Source of the DNA: Naasia sp.
GTDB taxonomy: Bacteria; Actinomycetota; Actinomycetes; Actinomycetales; Microbacteriaceae
NCBI GenBank assembly: GCA_025463675.1
Contig: JAODAX010000067.1
Location: forward strand, 892-64,891
Direction of reading: 5' to 3'
DNA length: 64,000 nt
A program made the position numbers and the translations under genes. The notes under the pieces were generated by a model. It was not told where the DNA came from. It searched no databases and saw only the letters and a list, made by a program, of their open reading frames with translations. Shown in pieces: positions 9,630-19,769 of the stretch (position 1 is the stretch's first letter; each line of letters starts with the position of its first letter).

Positions 9630-10346
9630 CTAGGCGTCCGGCCACTCGGTGGGCAGCGGCAGCACGCCCGGATTCACCCGGGCGACGATCTCGGCCAGCA
9701 CTCGCCGAGTGGCGTTCTCGCCCACCCACAGGTGCTTCGCGCCGTCCACGCCGATCACCTCGATGTCCGGCGCGACCGCGAACCGACGGGCCGCGTCGTC
9801 CGGGCGCAGGAAGTCGTCGAGCTCCGGGACCACGGCGACGACCGGGCCGGGGAAGCCTGCCCAGGCCGCTACCTCCTCATCGCTCGTGCGGTGCAGCGGC
9901 GGGGAGAGCAGGATGACCCCGGCGACCGCGTGCTCACGTCCCCACTTGAGCGCCACCTCGGTGCCGAAGGACCAGCCGACCAGCCAGGGATCGGGCAAGC
10001 CGCGCTCCGTGACGAAGCGCATTGCGGCGGCGAGGTCCGCTCGCTCCCCTACGCCGTCGCCGAATTCGCCGCCGCTCGTGCCGCGCGGTGAGGCGGTGCC
10101 GCGGGTGTTGAAGCGGAGGACGGCCAGGTCGGCGAGCGCAGGCAGGCGGTTGGCCGCCTTACGGAGCACGTGCGAATCCATGAAGCCGCCGGCTGTGGGC
10201 AGCGGGTGCAGCGTGACGAGGGTCGCGACCGGCGGGGTCGACTCCGGCAGAGCCAGTTCCCCGACGAGCGCCAGTCCGTCGTCGGTGTGCAGGGTGATGT
10301 CCTCCCTGCGGGCGGGCAGCACCGTGCCGCTGCGGATCTCGGTCAT
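9630..10346 (-). CDS. Alpha/beta hydrolase
   Basis: HPLPTAGGFMDS, RFNTRG, GWSFG nucleophile elbow, AKHLW; ATGA overlap with the upstream gene. Confidence 0.88.
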   Translation of the reverse strand: MTEIRSGTVLPARREDITLHTDDGLALVGELALPESTPPVATLVTLHPLPTAGGFMDSHVLRKAANRLPALADLAVLRFNTRGTASPRGTSGGEFGDGVGERADLAAAMRFVTERGLPDPWLVGWSFGTEVALKWGREHAVAGVILLSPPLHRTSDEEVAAWAGFPGPVVAVVPELDDFLRPDDAARRFAVAPDIEVIGVDGAKHLWVGENATRRVLAEIVARVNPGVLPLPTEWPDA

Positions 10347-10636
10347 GACAGCCTCCAGCAGTGGGTGTGCCAGTGCCGCCGGTCGGCGAGGTTGCGCTCG
10401 TCCCCCATCGGCCCGTCGGCACGCCAGGCGACGACATGCGGCGTCCCCGGTTCGATCGGGTGCACGCAGCCGGGGCACCGGTACTCCTTGAGCGCGTGCG
10501 CGACGCCCACCGGCTGCACGCTCCAGGTGGCGCCGCGCCGCACCTCGGTGCGCCGCCAGCCGGTCAGGAGGCGGGCGAGGTCGTCGCCGTCGTCGCTCCC
10601 CGGGCGTGCGCCTCGGGGACGGTTGCTGCGCGGCAC
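10343..10636 (-). CDS. Small conserved actinobacterial protein (often labelled ATP/GTP-binding), putative Zn-binding
   Basis: YRCPGC...PHVVAW...RRHWHTHCW motif. Confidence 0.82.
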   Translation of the reverse strand: MPRSNRPRGARPGSDDGDDLARLLTGWRRTEVRRGATWSVQPVGVAHALKEYRCPGCVHPIEPGTPHVVAWRADGPMGDERNLADRRHWHTHCWRLS

Positions 10637-10660
10637 TGCCTCAGTCCACGGACCGGCGGA

Positions 10661-11365
10661 TCAGTACCAGCCGCGCGACTGGGACGACGCCCAGGCGCCG
10701 CACGGGCTGCCGTACCGGCCGGTGATGTAGCCGAGGCCCCAGGAGATCTGCGTGGCGGGGTTGGTTTCCCAGTCGGCGCCGGCCGAGGCCATCTTGTTTC
10801 CGGGGAGGGACTGCGGGATGCCGTACGCGCCGCTCGAGGCGTTGTACGCGTTCACGCGCCAGCCCGACTCCTTCTTCCACAGGGCGACGAGGCAGTCGAA
10901 CTGGTCGGAGCCCCAGCCGCGTGCCGCGACCATGTCCGCGGCGATCGCCTGAGCGGTGCCGGGATCGGGCACCGCGGCGGGCGGCGCCCAACCGCCTCCG
11001 CCTCCACCGCTGCCGCCGGTGGACGGAGCCACGACCGGCGGGGGCGGCGGCTTCGGCTTCTCGGTCACCGAGAAGTTGTCGCGGCTGACGTCGGCCAGCT
11101 CGGCGGACGATGCGGCGAGCACCTGAGCCTCACCGGTCGGCACACCGGCCGGCTGGTAGAACGGCGACGCGGTGGCTCCCGCATACGGGTCGGTCACGTT
11201 GACGAGCAGGAAGGCGAACGCGGCCAGGAATCCGAACATCGACAGGGCGATTCGGCCGTGCAGTGGGGCCTTGTGAACGGTCCTTCGCGGCGCGTCGTTC
11301 CGGGGTCGGGAAGCGTCCCCCCGGGGGGTGCGTACGGCTACGGCCTCGTTCGAGTGCTTTCCCAC
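10661..11365 (-). CDS. Lytic transglycosylase (SLT)-domain membrane-anchored protein
   Basis: TM anchor; CLVALWKKESGW, AYGIPQSLPG, WGLGYITGRYGSPCGAW...GWY. Confidence 0.88.
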   Translation of the reverse strand: MGKHSNEAVAVRTPRGDASRPRNDAPRRTVHKAPLHGRIALSMFGFLAAFAFLLVNVTDPYAGATASPFYQPAGVPTGEAQVLAASSAELADVSRDNFSVTEKPKPPPPPVVAPSTGGSGGGGGGWAPPAAVPDPGTAQAIAADMVAARGWGSDQFDCLVALWKKESGWRVNAYNASSGAYGIPQSLPGNKMASAGADWETNPATQISWGLGYITGRYGSPCGAWASSQSRGWY

Positions 11366-11422
11366 GATGGTCCGATGGTAGCAAACGGCCTCCCGGAAGC
11401 CCGGGAAGGGCGTGTCGCGGCG

Positions 11423-11974
11423 TCAGCGCACGGCGAGCATCACGTCCACGACGGCGTCGAGGAGCAGGTCGACCTGCCACTCGCGGTAGCCCCCGAGCTT
11501 GGACCGGAAGGCCACGGTGCGGACATCATCGACACGGATCGGCGCTCCCTTCTCGAAGTAGGCGCGCAGCCGCTCCGCGAACCGGTCGACGTCTTCCGGC
11601 GAGTACCCCTGGCTGAGGAAGCCGGTCCGCTCGAACCGCCGGCCCGGCGGGCGCCGGAGGCGAGCGGTGATTTCCTGCGCCGCCGCGCGAGTCTCGCCGT
11701 ACCAGGCACGGTCGCCGCTCGTGCGGATCGCGTGCTCCCGCTCGCGCAGGGCGAATGCGTCCTCGAGCCGCTCGAGCGCGGAATCGACGTGGACGGTCGA
11801 ATAGCCGCCCTTCTCCAGAGGGAAGGCCGCGCGACGGATGGTGGTCGCGTCGACACCGGCACCGGCGCCCGGCGGGGCGTCGTACGCGCGACGCGCAGCC
11901 AGCAGGAACTCGTCGACGTCCCGCATGCGGTAGCCGGGCTTGGAGCGGCCGGTGCGCGGGAAGGTCGTGCCCAT
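11423..11974 (-). CDS. DivIVA-domain repeat protein
   Basis: Four GY-x3-VD motifs (GYRMRDVDEFL, GYSTVHVDSAL, GYSPEDVDRFA, GYREWQVDLLL). Confidence 0.88.
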   Translation of the reverse strand: MGTTFPRTGRSKPGYRMRDVDEFLLAARRAYDAPPGAGAGVDATTIRRAAFPLEKGGYSTVHVDSALERLEDAFALREREHAIRTSGDRAWYGETRAAAQEITARLRRPPGRRFERTGFLSQGYSPEDVDRFAERLRAYFEKGAPIRVDDVRTVAFRSKLGGYREWQVDLLLDAVVDVMLAVR

Positions 11975-12015
11975 CCCGTCATTGTCGCGGACGGATGCCG
12001 TTCGACGCGGGAGGC

Positions 12016-12987
12016 TCAACGGAAGAGCAGCGCGAGCGCGTAGGCCGCCGCGGCGGACGGGAGGATGGAGTCGAGCCGGTCGAGGAAGCCGCCGTGGCCC
12101 GGCAGCCAGGAGCTGATGTCTTTGATGCCGAGGTCGCGCTTGACGAGCGACTCGGCGAGGTCGCCCAGCGTCGCGGTCGCGACGAGCACCAGCCCGAACA
12201 GCAGGCCGAACTGCCACGGCTGGTCGAGCATGAACACGGCGAGCAGCACGCCCGCGATCAGCGCGGCGAGCACCGAGCCGGCGAGCCCCTCCCACGTCTT
12301 CTTCGGGCTGATGCGCGGCGCCATCTGATGCCGGCCGAAGGTGAGGCCGCTCGCGTAGGCCCCGACGTCCACGGCGATGACGACGAGCAGGAACGCGAGC
12401 GTCCACCACTGGCCACCGTCGAGGGCGGTGAGCGCGACCGCGAAGCTGCCGAGCACGGTGACGTACAGCTGCACGAACGTGCCGGCGCCCAGGTCGAGAG
12501 CCACTTCGCGCGGCGCGGTCGACCCGCGGCGAAGCGTCAGCTCGGCGAGGCGCCAGAGGGCGACGAACAGGACCGCACCGAGGATCGCGAGCCAGTGCCC
12601 GAGTCCCGGCAGGGCGTAGGCGACGGCCAGTACGGCGACTACCGCGACCACGGACGCGACACGCGGGACATCCCGGCCGGCATGCCGCAGGGCGCCGGCC
12701 AGCTCCACCGTCGCGAAGCCCATGAGGATCACCGCGACCAGGACGAAGAGCTCCTTGACGAACAGCAGGCTTGCCAGCATGGACCCGCCGAGCAGCACTC
12801 CGAACAGGATCGCGCCCAGCAGGTTCCTGCCGGTTCGGGCGTTGATTCGCTCCTGCGCCTCGTCGAAGGAGACGCGGGCCGAGCGCACCTGCGACTCGAG
12901 ATCATGCCGAGCCTGGTCGATCTGCGCCTGCAGTTCCGGCGGAAGGCGCGTGCGCCGCCTCCGCGGGGTGTCCTTCGGTGCGGTCAT
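12016..12987 (-). CDS. cdsA: Phosphatidate cytidylyltransferase
   Basis: SPKKTWEG, GDLAESLVKRDLGIKD and PGHGGFLDRLDS motifs; follows frr. Confidence 0.94.
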   Translation of the reverse strand: MTAPKDTPRRRRTRLPPELQAQIDQARHDLESQVRSARVSFDEAQERINARTGRNLLGAILFGVLLGGSMLASLLFVKELFVLVAVILMGFATVELAGALRHAGRDVPRVASVVAVVAVLAVAYALPGLGHWLAILGAVLFVALWRLAELTLRRGSTAPREVALDLGAGTFVQLYVTVLGSFAVALTALDGGQWWTLAFLLVVIAVDVGAYASGLTFGRHQMAPRISPKKTWEGLAGSVLAALIAGVLLAVFMLDQPWQFGLLFGLVLVATATLGDLAESLVKRDLGIKDISSWLPGHGGFLDRLDSILPSAAAAYALALLFR

Positions 12988-13005
12988 CCGCGTACGGCCG
13001 CGCCC

Positions 13006-13560
13006 CTACACCTCGAGGAGCTCGGCTTCCTTCCGCTTGAGCGCGTCGTCGATCGCGTCGACGTATGTGCGGGTGAGCTGCTCCAGCTCCTTCTCGCCGC
13101 GGCTCAGGTCGTCGTCGCCGACCTCGCCCTTCAGCGCGTCCAGATCATCCTTCGCGCGCCGGCGGATGTTGCGGATGGCGACCTTCGCGTCCTCGCCCTT
13201 GGTGCGGGCGATCTTCACGAACTCCTTGCGCCGGTCCTCGGTGAGCTCCGGCATCACGACGCGGATGATGTTGCCGTCGTTGGATGGGTTGGCGCCAAGG
13301 TTCGGCATGGCGACGATCGCCTTCTCGATGTCCTTCAGTGCGGTCTTGTCGTACGGCGTGACGATGAGCACGCGAGCCTCCGGCGTCTGCAGCGACGCCA
13401 GCTGGGCGAGCGGGGTCGGCGAGCCGTAGTAGTCGACCTGAATGCGCTGGAACAGCGCGGGGTTGATCCGGCCGGTGCGCACCGTGGACAGATCGTCCTT
13501 GGCCACCTCGACGGCCTTCTTCATGCGATCGGTCGCGTCGGCCAGCACTTCGGGGATCAC
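13006..13560 (-). CDS. frr: Ribosome recycling factor
   Basis: [32 protein letters not shown]. Confidence 0.97.
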   Translation of the reverse strand: MIPEVLADATDRMKKAVEVAKDDLSTVRTGRINPALFQRIQVDYYGSPTPLAQLASLQTPEARVLIVTPYDKTALKDIEKAIVAMPNLGANPSNDGNIIRVVMPELTEDRRKEFVKIARTKGEDAKVAIRNIRRRAKDDLDALKGEVGDDDLSRGEKELEQLTRTYVDAIDDALKRKEAELLEV

Positions 13561-13620
13561 GCGGGCGCTCCTTCGTCTCGTTGCCCACCATTCTAGGTGG
13601 GCGTCCTCCGGCGGCTCCGG

Positions 13621-14340
13621 TCAGGCGGTGACGAGGGTGCCGATCGGCACCTCGCCGCGGATGGCGCCGGTGACGTTCCCAGGACCGTCGATGCCGAACA
13701 CGACCATGTCCATCCCGTTGTCCATGCAGAGGCTGAACGCGGTGGAATCCACCACCTTGAGTCCCTTCTGCAGCGCCTCCAGGTAGGTCACCGTGTCGAG
13801 CTTGTAGGCGTCCGCGTGCTTGTTGGGGTCGGCCGTGTAAACGCCGTCGACGCCGTTCTTCGCCACGAGCACCACGTCCGCGCGGATCTCGAGCGCGCGC
13901 TGGGCGGCGACCGTGTCGGTGGAGAAGTACGGCAGACCGGCGCCCGCGCCGAAGATGACGACGCGGCCCTTCTCGAGGTGCCGGATCGCGCGCCGCGGGA
14001 TGTACGGCTCGGCGACCTGCGTCATCGCGATGGCGGACTGCACGCGCGTCTCGGCGCCCGCCTGCTCGAGGAAGTCCTGCAGGGCGAGCGCATTCATCAC
14101 GGTGCCGAGCATGCCCATGTAGTCGGCGCGGCCGCGGTCCATGCCCTCCTGCTGCAGCTGGGCGCCGCGGAAGAAGTTGCCGCCGCCGACGACGATCGCG
14201 ATCTCGACGGACTTCGATGCCTCCGCGATCTCGCGGGCGAGCTCGCTCACCACCACGGGATCGACTCCGAGAGCCCCGTTGCCGAACGCCTCCCCGGAGA
14301 GTTTGAGGAGGACGCGTCGTCGTCGGTACTCGGTCGTCAT
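13621..14340 (-). CDS. pyrH: UMP kinase
   Basis: [34 protein letters not shown]. Confidence 0.97.
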   Translation of the reverse strand: MTTEYRRRRVLLKLSGEAFGNGALGVDPVVVSELAREIAEASKSVEIAIVVGGGNFFRGAQLQQEGMDRGRADYMGMLGTVMNALALQDFLEQAGAETRVQSAIAMTQVAEPYIPRRAIRHLEKGRVVIFGAGAGLPYFSTDTVAAQRALEIRADVVLVAKNGVDGVYTADPNKHADAYKLDTVTYLEALQKGLKVVDSTAFSLCMDNGMDMVVFGIDGPGNVTGAIRGEVPIGTLVTA

Positions 14341-14417
14341 AGCGGAGTCCCTTTCCTGGCGTGCCGCCTCTTAGATTAGTGCCAGCGCACGGAGGCTCCG
14401 GGCGCGGAGGAGCCGAC

Positions 14418-15152
14418 GTGGGCATCGCGGGACCACCGCCGCCGGGGTCCGCGGTGCCGCCGCCGATCGCGCGCCTGGCGGGCGGGTCGGCCGTGGCGGT
14501 GTGGCGGAACGAGCTCGGCGGCACGACCTTCCTCCTGCCCGGAGCACGCTATGCCAAGTGGGCGCCCGCCGGTTCCGGCCTGGACCTCGCCGCGGAGGGT
14601 GAGCGGCTCGCCTGGGCGGCGGGGCTCGGGGCCCGGGTGCCTCGGGTGCTGGACGCCGGCGAGGACGACTCGGGCTCCTGGCTGGTCACCGCCGCCCTGC
14701 GGGGCCGCAGCGCCGCCGACCAGCACTGGCTGAGCCGTCCCGATCGCGCGGTGCACGCCATCGGGCGCGGCCTGCGAGCACTGCACGACGCACTGCCGGT
14801 CGGCGACTGCCCGTTCGACTGGTCGGTGCCCGAACGACTGGCGCGGGCACGGGCGCGGGGCCTCGCCCCGGAACCCGCGCTGGAGAACGCGCCGCCGGTG
14901 GATCGCCTCGTGGTGTGCCACGGCGACGCGTGCGCGCCGAACACGCTCCTCACCGACGACGGCGCATGGAGCGGGCACGTCGACCTCAGCACGCTCGGGG
15001 TCGCGGACCGCTGGGCGGATCTCGCCGCGGCCGCCTGGAGCGCCGAGCTCAACTACGGGCGGGACCTCACCGGCCAGCTGCTGGCGGCCTACGGCGTCCG
15101 CCCGGACGAGGAGCGGCTGGACTACTACCGCCGGCTCTGGCACGCCACCTGA
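14418..15152 (+). CDS. Aminoglycoside 3'-phosphotransferase-like protein
   Basis: VWRNELGGTTF, CHGDACAPN and VDLSTLGVADRWADLA motifs; GGAGG before GTG 14418. Confidence 0.88.
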   Translation: MGIAGPPPPGSAVPPPIARLAGGSAVAVWRNELGGTTFLLPGARYAKWAPAGSGLDLAAEGERLAWAAGLGARVPRVLDAGEDDSGSWLVTAALRGRSAADQHWLSRPDRAVHAIGRGLRALHDALPVGDCPFDWSVPERLARARARGLAPEPALENAPPVDRLVVCHGDACAPNTLLTDDGAWSGHVDLSTLGVADRWADLAAAAWSAELNYGRDLTGQLLAAYGVRPDEERLDYYRRLWHAT

Positions 15153-15163
15153 CCCCTGCCGCA

Positions 15164-15268
15164 CTCACTCAGCAGGCGCTATCCCCTCGCTCAGCAGGCA
15201 GGATCCGCGGCGGACGTGAGAATCGGCCGTTCCGGCCTGCTGAGCGAGGGAACCGCCTGCTGAGCGAG
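15164..15268. repeat. Double-unit REP-like palindrome, family A
   Basis: CTC(A/G)CTCAGCAGGC x2 (15164, 15186), spacer, then GCCTGCTGAGCGAG x2 (15235, 15255); between convergent genes. Confidence 0.85.
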
Positions 15269-15280
15269 AGGCGATCCGCG

Positions 15281-16471
15281 TCAGGCGAACGCGGCCAGCC
15301 CGGTGAGCGCCCTGCCGAGCACGAGGGAGTGGATCTCGTCGGTGCCCTCGTAGGTGCGCACCGCCTCCAGGTTCGCCATGTGGCGCATGACCGGGAACTC
15401 GCTGGTGACGCCGTCGCCGCCGAGCATCGACCGTGCACTCGAGGCGATGGCGAGAGCCTCGCGGACGCTGTTCAGCTTGCCGACGCTGATCTGCGCGGGC
15501 TCGAGCGTGCCCGCGTCCTTCAGCCGGCCCAGGTGCAGGGCCAGCAGCACGCCCTTCTCGTATTCCAGGAGCATGTCGGCGAGCTTCGCCTGGGTCAGCT
15601 GGAAGCGGCCCATCGGGCCGCCGAACACCTCGCGCGACATCGCCCGGTCGAGCGCGGCGAGGAGGCAGCTGCGGGCCGCACCCATCGCGCCCCAGACGAT
15701 CCCGTAACGCGCCTCATTGAGGCAGGAGAACGGGCCGCGCAGGCCGCGCGCCTCCGGCAGCCGGGCGGTATCCGGCACCCGCACCCCGTCGAACGCGATG
15801 TCGCACTGGATCGAGGAGCGCATGGCGAACTTGCCCTCGATCGGCGTCGCCCGGAAGCCGGCGGTGTCGGTCGGCACGAGGAAGCCGCGCACCCCCTCCT
15901 CGGTCTGCGCCCAGACGACCGCGACCGCCGCGATGCTGGCCAGCCCGATCCACCGCTTGGTGCCGGTGATCACCCAGTCGTCGCCCTCCCGGACCGCGGT
16001 GGTGCGCATCGCCGCGGGATCGCTGCCGCCCTCGGGCTCGGTGAGGGCGAAGCAGCCGATCGCCTCCCCCGCCGCCATGCGTGGCAGCCACTCGCTCTTC
16101 TGCTCCTCGGAGCCGAACTTGGCGATGGCACTCATGGCGAGCGAGCCCTGCACGGAGACGAAGGTGCGCCAGCCGCTGTCGGCCGCCTCCAGCTCGAGAC
16201 AGACGGCGCCGTAGGCGGTCGCGCTGGCACCCGCGCAGCCGTAGCCGGTGATGTGCATCCCGAGGAAGCCCTCGGCGGCGAGGGCGGGAACGAGCTCCTG
16301 CCGGAAGTGCCGGTTCTCGAAGTCCTCCTCGATGACGGGGAGGATGCGCTCCCGCGCGACGCGACGCGCCTTCTGCTGCCATTCCCGCTCGCCGGGCGCG
16401 AGCAGCGCGTCGAGGTCGAAGACGGCGGCGAGGGCCGCCTCGGCGGCGGCGGGTGCGAGGGTGTCGGTCAT
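15281..16471 (-). CDS. Acyl-CoA dehydrogenase (glutaryl-CoA dehydrogenase-like)
   Basis: GCFALTEPEGGSDP, GTKRWI, CLNEARYGIVWG, TYEGTDEIH. Confidence 0.92.
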   Translation of the reverse strand: MTDTLAPAAAEAALAAVFDLDALLAPGEREWQQKARRVARERILPVIEEDFENRHFRQELVPALAAEGFLGMHITGYGCAGASATAYGAVCLELEAADSGWRTFVSVQGSLAMSAIAKFGSEEQKSEWLPRMAAGEAIGCFALTEPEGGSDPAAMRTTAVREGDDWVITGTKRWIGLASIAAVAVVWAQTEEGVRGFLVPTDTAGFRATPIEGKFAMRSSIQCDIAFDGVRVPDTARLPEARGLRGPFSCLNEARYGIVWGAMGAARSCLLAALDRAMSREVFGGPMGRFQLTQAKLADMLLEYEKGVLLALHLGRLKDAGTLEPAQISVGKLNSVREALAIASSARSMLGGDGVTSEFPVMRHMANLEAVRTYEGTDEIHSLVLGRALTGLAAFA

Positions 16472-17622
16472 TCGGTGCTTCCTGTCGGTCGGTCGGAGGG
16501 GGCCGGAGGCGCGGCGAGGCGCGGCGGCGGCAGCCGGTAGGCGACGGGAGTGCCGCTCAGTGTCACGGGGTTCGCCACCTGCCGCGACCCGTCGACCTCG
16601 ACGATCGGCCGCAATCCGAGCCGCTCGGCGAGGGCGAACGCCTCATCGATGGTGTTGATGGGACCGGCGGGCACATCGTGCTCGGCGAGCACCGCGAACC
16701 ACTCGTCGGCGGACCGGGTCGCCAGCCGATCGGTCAGCTCTCGATTGAGCGCCTCCCGCTCGGCCACCCGCTGGGCGTTGGTGCGGAACCGCGGGTCGTC
16801 GGCCAGCTCCGGCGCGCCGATCGCCGTCGCGAGCGCGCGGAACTGGCCATCGGTGCCGGCGGCGACCACGAGCTGTCGGTCCGCGGTCGGGTAGACCTCA
16901 TAGGGCGCGATGCTGGGGTGCGCGTTGCCGAGGATCCCCGGCACGACGCCGGCGCCGAGGTAGGCGCCCGCCTGGTTGACGAGCCCGGACAGCAGGCTGG
17001 AGAGCAGGTTCACCTCCACCCGCTGGCCGACTCCGGTCGTCCCGCGCGCCACGACGGCGGCGAGGATTCCGGTGAGTGCGTGCAGCCCGGTGAGCACGTC
17101 GACGACGGCGACGCCCGTCTTCGTGGGCTCGCCCGGACGCTGGCCGGTGACGCTCATCAGCCCGCCGGCGGCCTGCACGAGGAGGTCGAAGCCGGGCAGC
17201 GCGGCGCCCTCCCCCGATCCGAAGCCGGTGATCGAGCAGTAGACGATCCGCGGGTTGAGCTCCCGCACCGCCTCGTAGCCGAAGCCGAGCCGATCCATCG
17301 TGCCGGCGCGGAAGTTCTCGATGACGACATCGGCGTCGCTCAGCAGCGCCCGCACCGCCGCGGCGCCCTCGTCGGTGGTCAGATCGACCGGGAGGCTCTC
17401 CTTGTTGCGGTTGACGGACGCGAAGTACGTCGATGTGCCCGTCGCGTCTACCGGCGGCAGCCACTCGCGGGTCTCATCCCCTGTGCCCGGGCGCTCGATC
17501 TTGATCACCCGCGCCCCGTGGTCGCCCAGCAGCATGGTGGCGTACGGTCCGGCGAGGACGCGGGAGAAGTCGACGACGGTGAGCCCGGTGAGAGCTCCGG
17601 CAGGACTCGACTCGCCGTCCAC
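16468..17622 (-). CDS. CaiB/BaiF family (class III) CoA transferase
   Basis: DFSRVLAGP, VNRNKES, ADVVIENFR, SITGFG; 4-nt overlap with the dehydrogenase gene. Confidence 0.93.
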   Translation of the reverse strand: MDGESSPAGALTGLTVVDFSRVLAGPYATMLLGDHGARVIKIERPGTGDETREWLPPVDATGTSTYFASVNRNKESLPVDLTTDEGAAAVRALLSDADVVIENFRAGTMDRLGFGYEAVRELNPRIVYCSITGFGSGEGAALPGFDLLVQAAGGLMSVTGQRPGEPTKTGVAVVDVLTGLHALTGILAAVVARGTTGVGQRVEVNLLSSLLSGLVNQAGAYLGAGVVPGILGNAHPSIAPYEVYPTADRQLVVAAGTDGQFRALATAIGAPELADDPRFRTNAQRVAEREALNRELTDRLATRSADEWFAVLAEHDVPAGPINTIDEAFALAERLGLRPIVEVDGSRQVANPVTLSGTPVAYRLPPPRLAAPPAPSDRPTGSTE

Positions 17623-17672
17623 ACATCTCCTTCGTCGGCCGTGCGTGCTCCATCGATCCTAGGGAGCAACGA

Positions 17673-17706
17673 GAACGGGAGCCGCCCCGAGGGGCGACTC
17701 CCGTTC
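17673..17706 (-). terminator. Hairpin terminator after rpsB-tsf
   Basis: GAACGGGAGTCGCCCC...GGGGCGGCTCCCGTTC near-perfect stem just past the tsf stop. Confidence 0.75.
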
Positions 17707-17722
17707 GGGAAGGCGGAAAGCG

Positions 17723-18550
17723 TCAGGCACCGACCTTGAACCGGGCGAAACCCGTCACGGTCAGACCGGCGTCGGCGAGGACCTTGCCGACGGTCAGCTT
17801 GTTGTCACGCGCGTAGTCCTGCTCGAGCAGCACGACCTGCTTGAAGAACGCACCGACGCGACCCTCGATGATCTTCGGCAGGGCGGCCTCCGGCTTGCCC
17901 TCGTTGCGGCTGATCTCCTCGACGATGCGGCGCTCGTTCTCGACGTCGGCCGCCGGGACCTCGTCCTTGGCGAGGTAGGCGGGCGCAGCGAAGGAGATGT
18001 GCTGGGCGACGCTGCGCGCGGTCGCCGCGTCGTCACCGGTGTAGGCGACGACGACGCCGACCTGCGGGGGCAGGTCCTGGTTGGTCTTGTGAAGGTAGAC
18101 CGCGAACTTCTCCCCGGGAACACGGGCGACGCGGCGCAGTTCGACCTTCTCGCCGATGATCGCGGCGTCATCGGAGATCACGTCGGCGACGGTCTTGCCG
18201 TCGAGGGTCGCCGCGAGGGCGGCCTCGATCGTGTCGGCGCCCGAGGCGGCGACGGCCTGGAGGACCTTGTCGCCGAGCGCGATGAAGCGCTCGTTCTTCG
18301 CCACGAAGTCGGTCTCGCAGGCGAGCTCGATCAGGGTCACGCCGCCAGCGCTCTCCTGGGCGGCGACGAGGCCTTCGCTCGTCGAGCGATCGGCCCGCTT
18401 CGCGTTGCCCTTCGCACCCTTGAGGCGGAGGATCTCGACCGCCTTCTCGATGTCGCCGTCGGCTTCGACCAGGGCATTCTTGGTGTCGACCATCCCGGTG
18501 CCGAGACGCTCACGAAGCGTCTTCACGTCCTGCAGGCTCACGTTGGCCAT
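17723..18550 (-). CDS. tsf: Translation elongation factor Ts
   Basis: VKTLRERLGTGMVDTKNAL and ELACETDFVAKN motifs; AGGAG SD. Confidence 0.97.
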   Translation of the reverse strand: MANVSLQDVKTLRERLGTGMVDTKNALVEADGDIEKAVEILRLKGAKGNAKRADRSTSEGLVAAQESAGGVTLIELACETDFVAKNERFIALGDKVLQAVAASGADTIEAALAATLDGKTVADVISDDAAIIGEKVELRRVARVPGEKFAVYLHKTNQDLPPQVGVVVAYTGDDAATARSVAQHISFAAPAYLAKDEVPAADVENERRIVEEISRNEGKPEAALPKIIEGRVGAFFKQVVLLEQDYARDNKLTVGKVLADAGLTVTGFARFKVGA

Positions 18551-18642
18551 GCTTACTCCTTCTGCTGCTGCTTGCTGCTGATGTGCGCGAGAGCGGCGAG
18601 GACCCGTGCTGGATCCCCACCGCCCTGGCACTACTGGTTCGT

Positions 18643-19767
18643 CTACTCCGCGGACGCGGTCTCGGCCTTCTCGGCCTTGGCTGCGGACGGGGTGCGCTTG
18701 GTGGCCGGCTTCTTCTCGGCCGGGGTGGCCTCGGCCTCGATCTTGGCCTCGACCTGCTCCTGCGTCTCGGGCGCGTGCTCCGCGACGACCGTCTCGTCCG
18801 CCTGCGCGGTGAGGTCGGCGTCCGCCTGGGCGTCCGCGTCGTTCTCGTACGCGGGCGCGTCACCGGCGGGCTCCTCGGTGGGGCTCTCCGCGGCGGCGGG
18901 TGCCTCGGCGGCAGGCGCCTCGGTCGCAGGCGCCTCGGTCGCGTCGACGGCGGGTGCCTCGACGGCGGACTCCTCGGTCGCGGCCTCCGCGGCCGGAGCG
19001 GCGTCGGCCTGGCCGGCCTCGAGGAGCTCGCGCTCCCATTCCGCCAGCGGCTCCGTCGGCTCGCCCTCGGACGGCTTCTGGTGGCGCTGGATCAGGCCCT
19101 CGGCGGCGGCGTCGGCGATGATGCGCGTGAGCAGCGCGACCGAGCGGATCGCGTCGTCGTTGCCCGGGATCGGGTAGGCGAGCTCGTCGGGGTCGGCGTT
19201 GGTGTCGAGGATGCCGATCACCGGGATGCCCAGCTTCTTCGCCTCATCGACGGCGAGGTGCTCGCGCTTGCTGTCGATGACCCAGATCGCGGACGGGGTC
19301 TTCGACAGGTTGCGGATGCCGCCCAGCGTCTTCTCGAGCTTGTCCCGCTCGCGGCGCTGGATGAGCAGCTCCTTCTTGGTGTAGCCGCGCGTCGTGTCGT
19401 CGAAGTCGACGAGGTCGAGCTCCTTCAGGCGGTTGAGGCGCTTGTGCACGGTCTGGAAGTTGGTGAGGAGCCCACCGAGCCAGCGCTGGTTCACGTAGGG
19501 CTGGCCCACGCGCTTCGCCTGCTCGGCGATGGCCTCCTGGGCCTGCTTCTTCGTGCCGACGAAGAGGATGGTGCCGCCGTGGGCGACGGTCTCCTTGACG
19601 AAGTCGTACGCCTTGTCGATGTAGGCGAGCGACTGCTGCAGGTCGATGATGTGGATGCCACTGCGCTCGGTGAGGATGAAGCGCTTGACTTTCGGGTTCC
19701 AGCGGCGGGTCTGGTGCCCGAAGTGGACGCCGCTGTCGAGCAGCTGGCGGATGGTGACGACGGCCAC
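18643..19767 (-). CDS. rpsB: 30S ribosomal protein S2 with a long acidic Ala/Glu/Pro tail
   Basis: [32 protein letters not shown]; GTG start with AGGAG. Confidence 0.97.
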   Translation of the reverse strand: MAVVTIRQLLDSGVHFGHQTRRWNPKVKRFILTERSGIHIIDLQQSLAYIDKAYDFVKETVAHGGTILFVGTKKQAQEAIAEQAKRVGQPYVNQRWLGGLLTNFQTVHKRLNRLKELDLVDFDDTTRGYTKKELLIQRRERDKLEKTLGGIRNLSKTPSAIWVIDSKREHLAVDEAKKLGIPVIGILDTNADPDELAYPIPGNDDAIRSVALLTRIIADAAAEGLIQRHQKPSEGEPTEPLAEWERELLEAGQADAAPAAEAATEESAVEAPAVDATEAPATEAPAAEAPAAAESPTEEPAGDAPAYENDADAQADADLTAQADETVVAEHAPETQEQVEAKIEAEATPAEKKPATKRTPSAAKAEKAETASAE

Positions 19768-19769
19768 GG

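Noticed and set aside
15164-15268. Repeat-spacer pattern as a possible mini-CRISPR
   Set aside because: Units are ~14 nt, only two per orientation and inverted; spacers are too short; no cas genes
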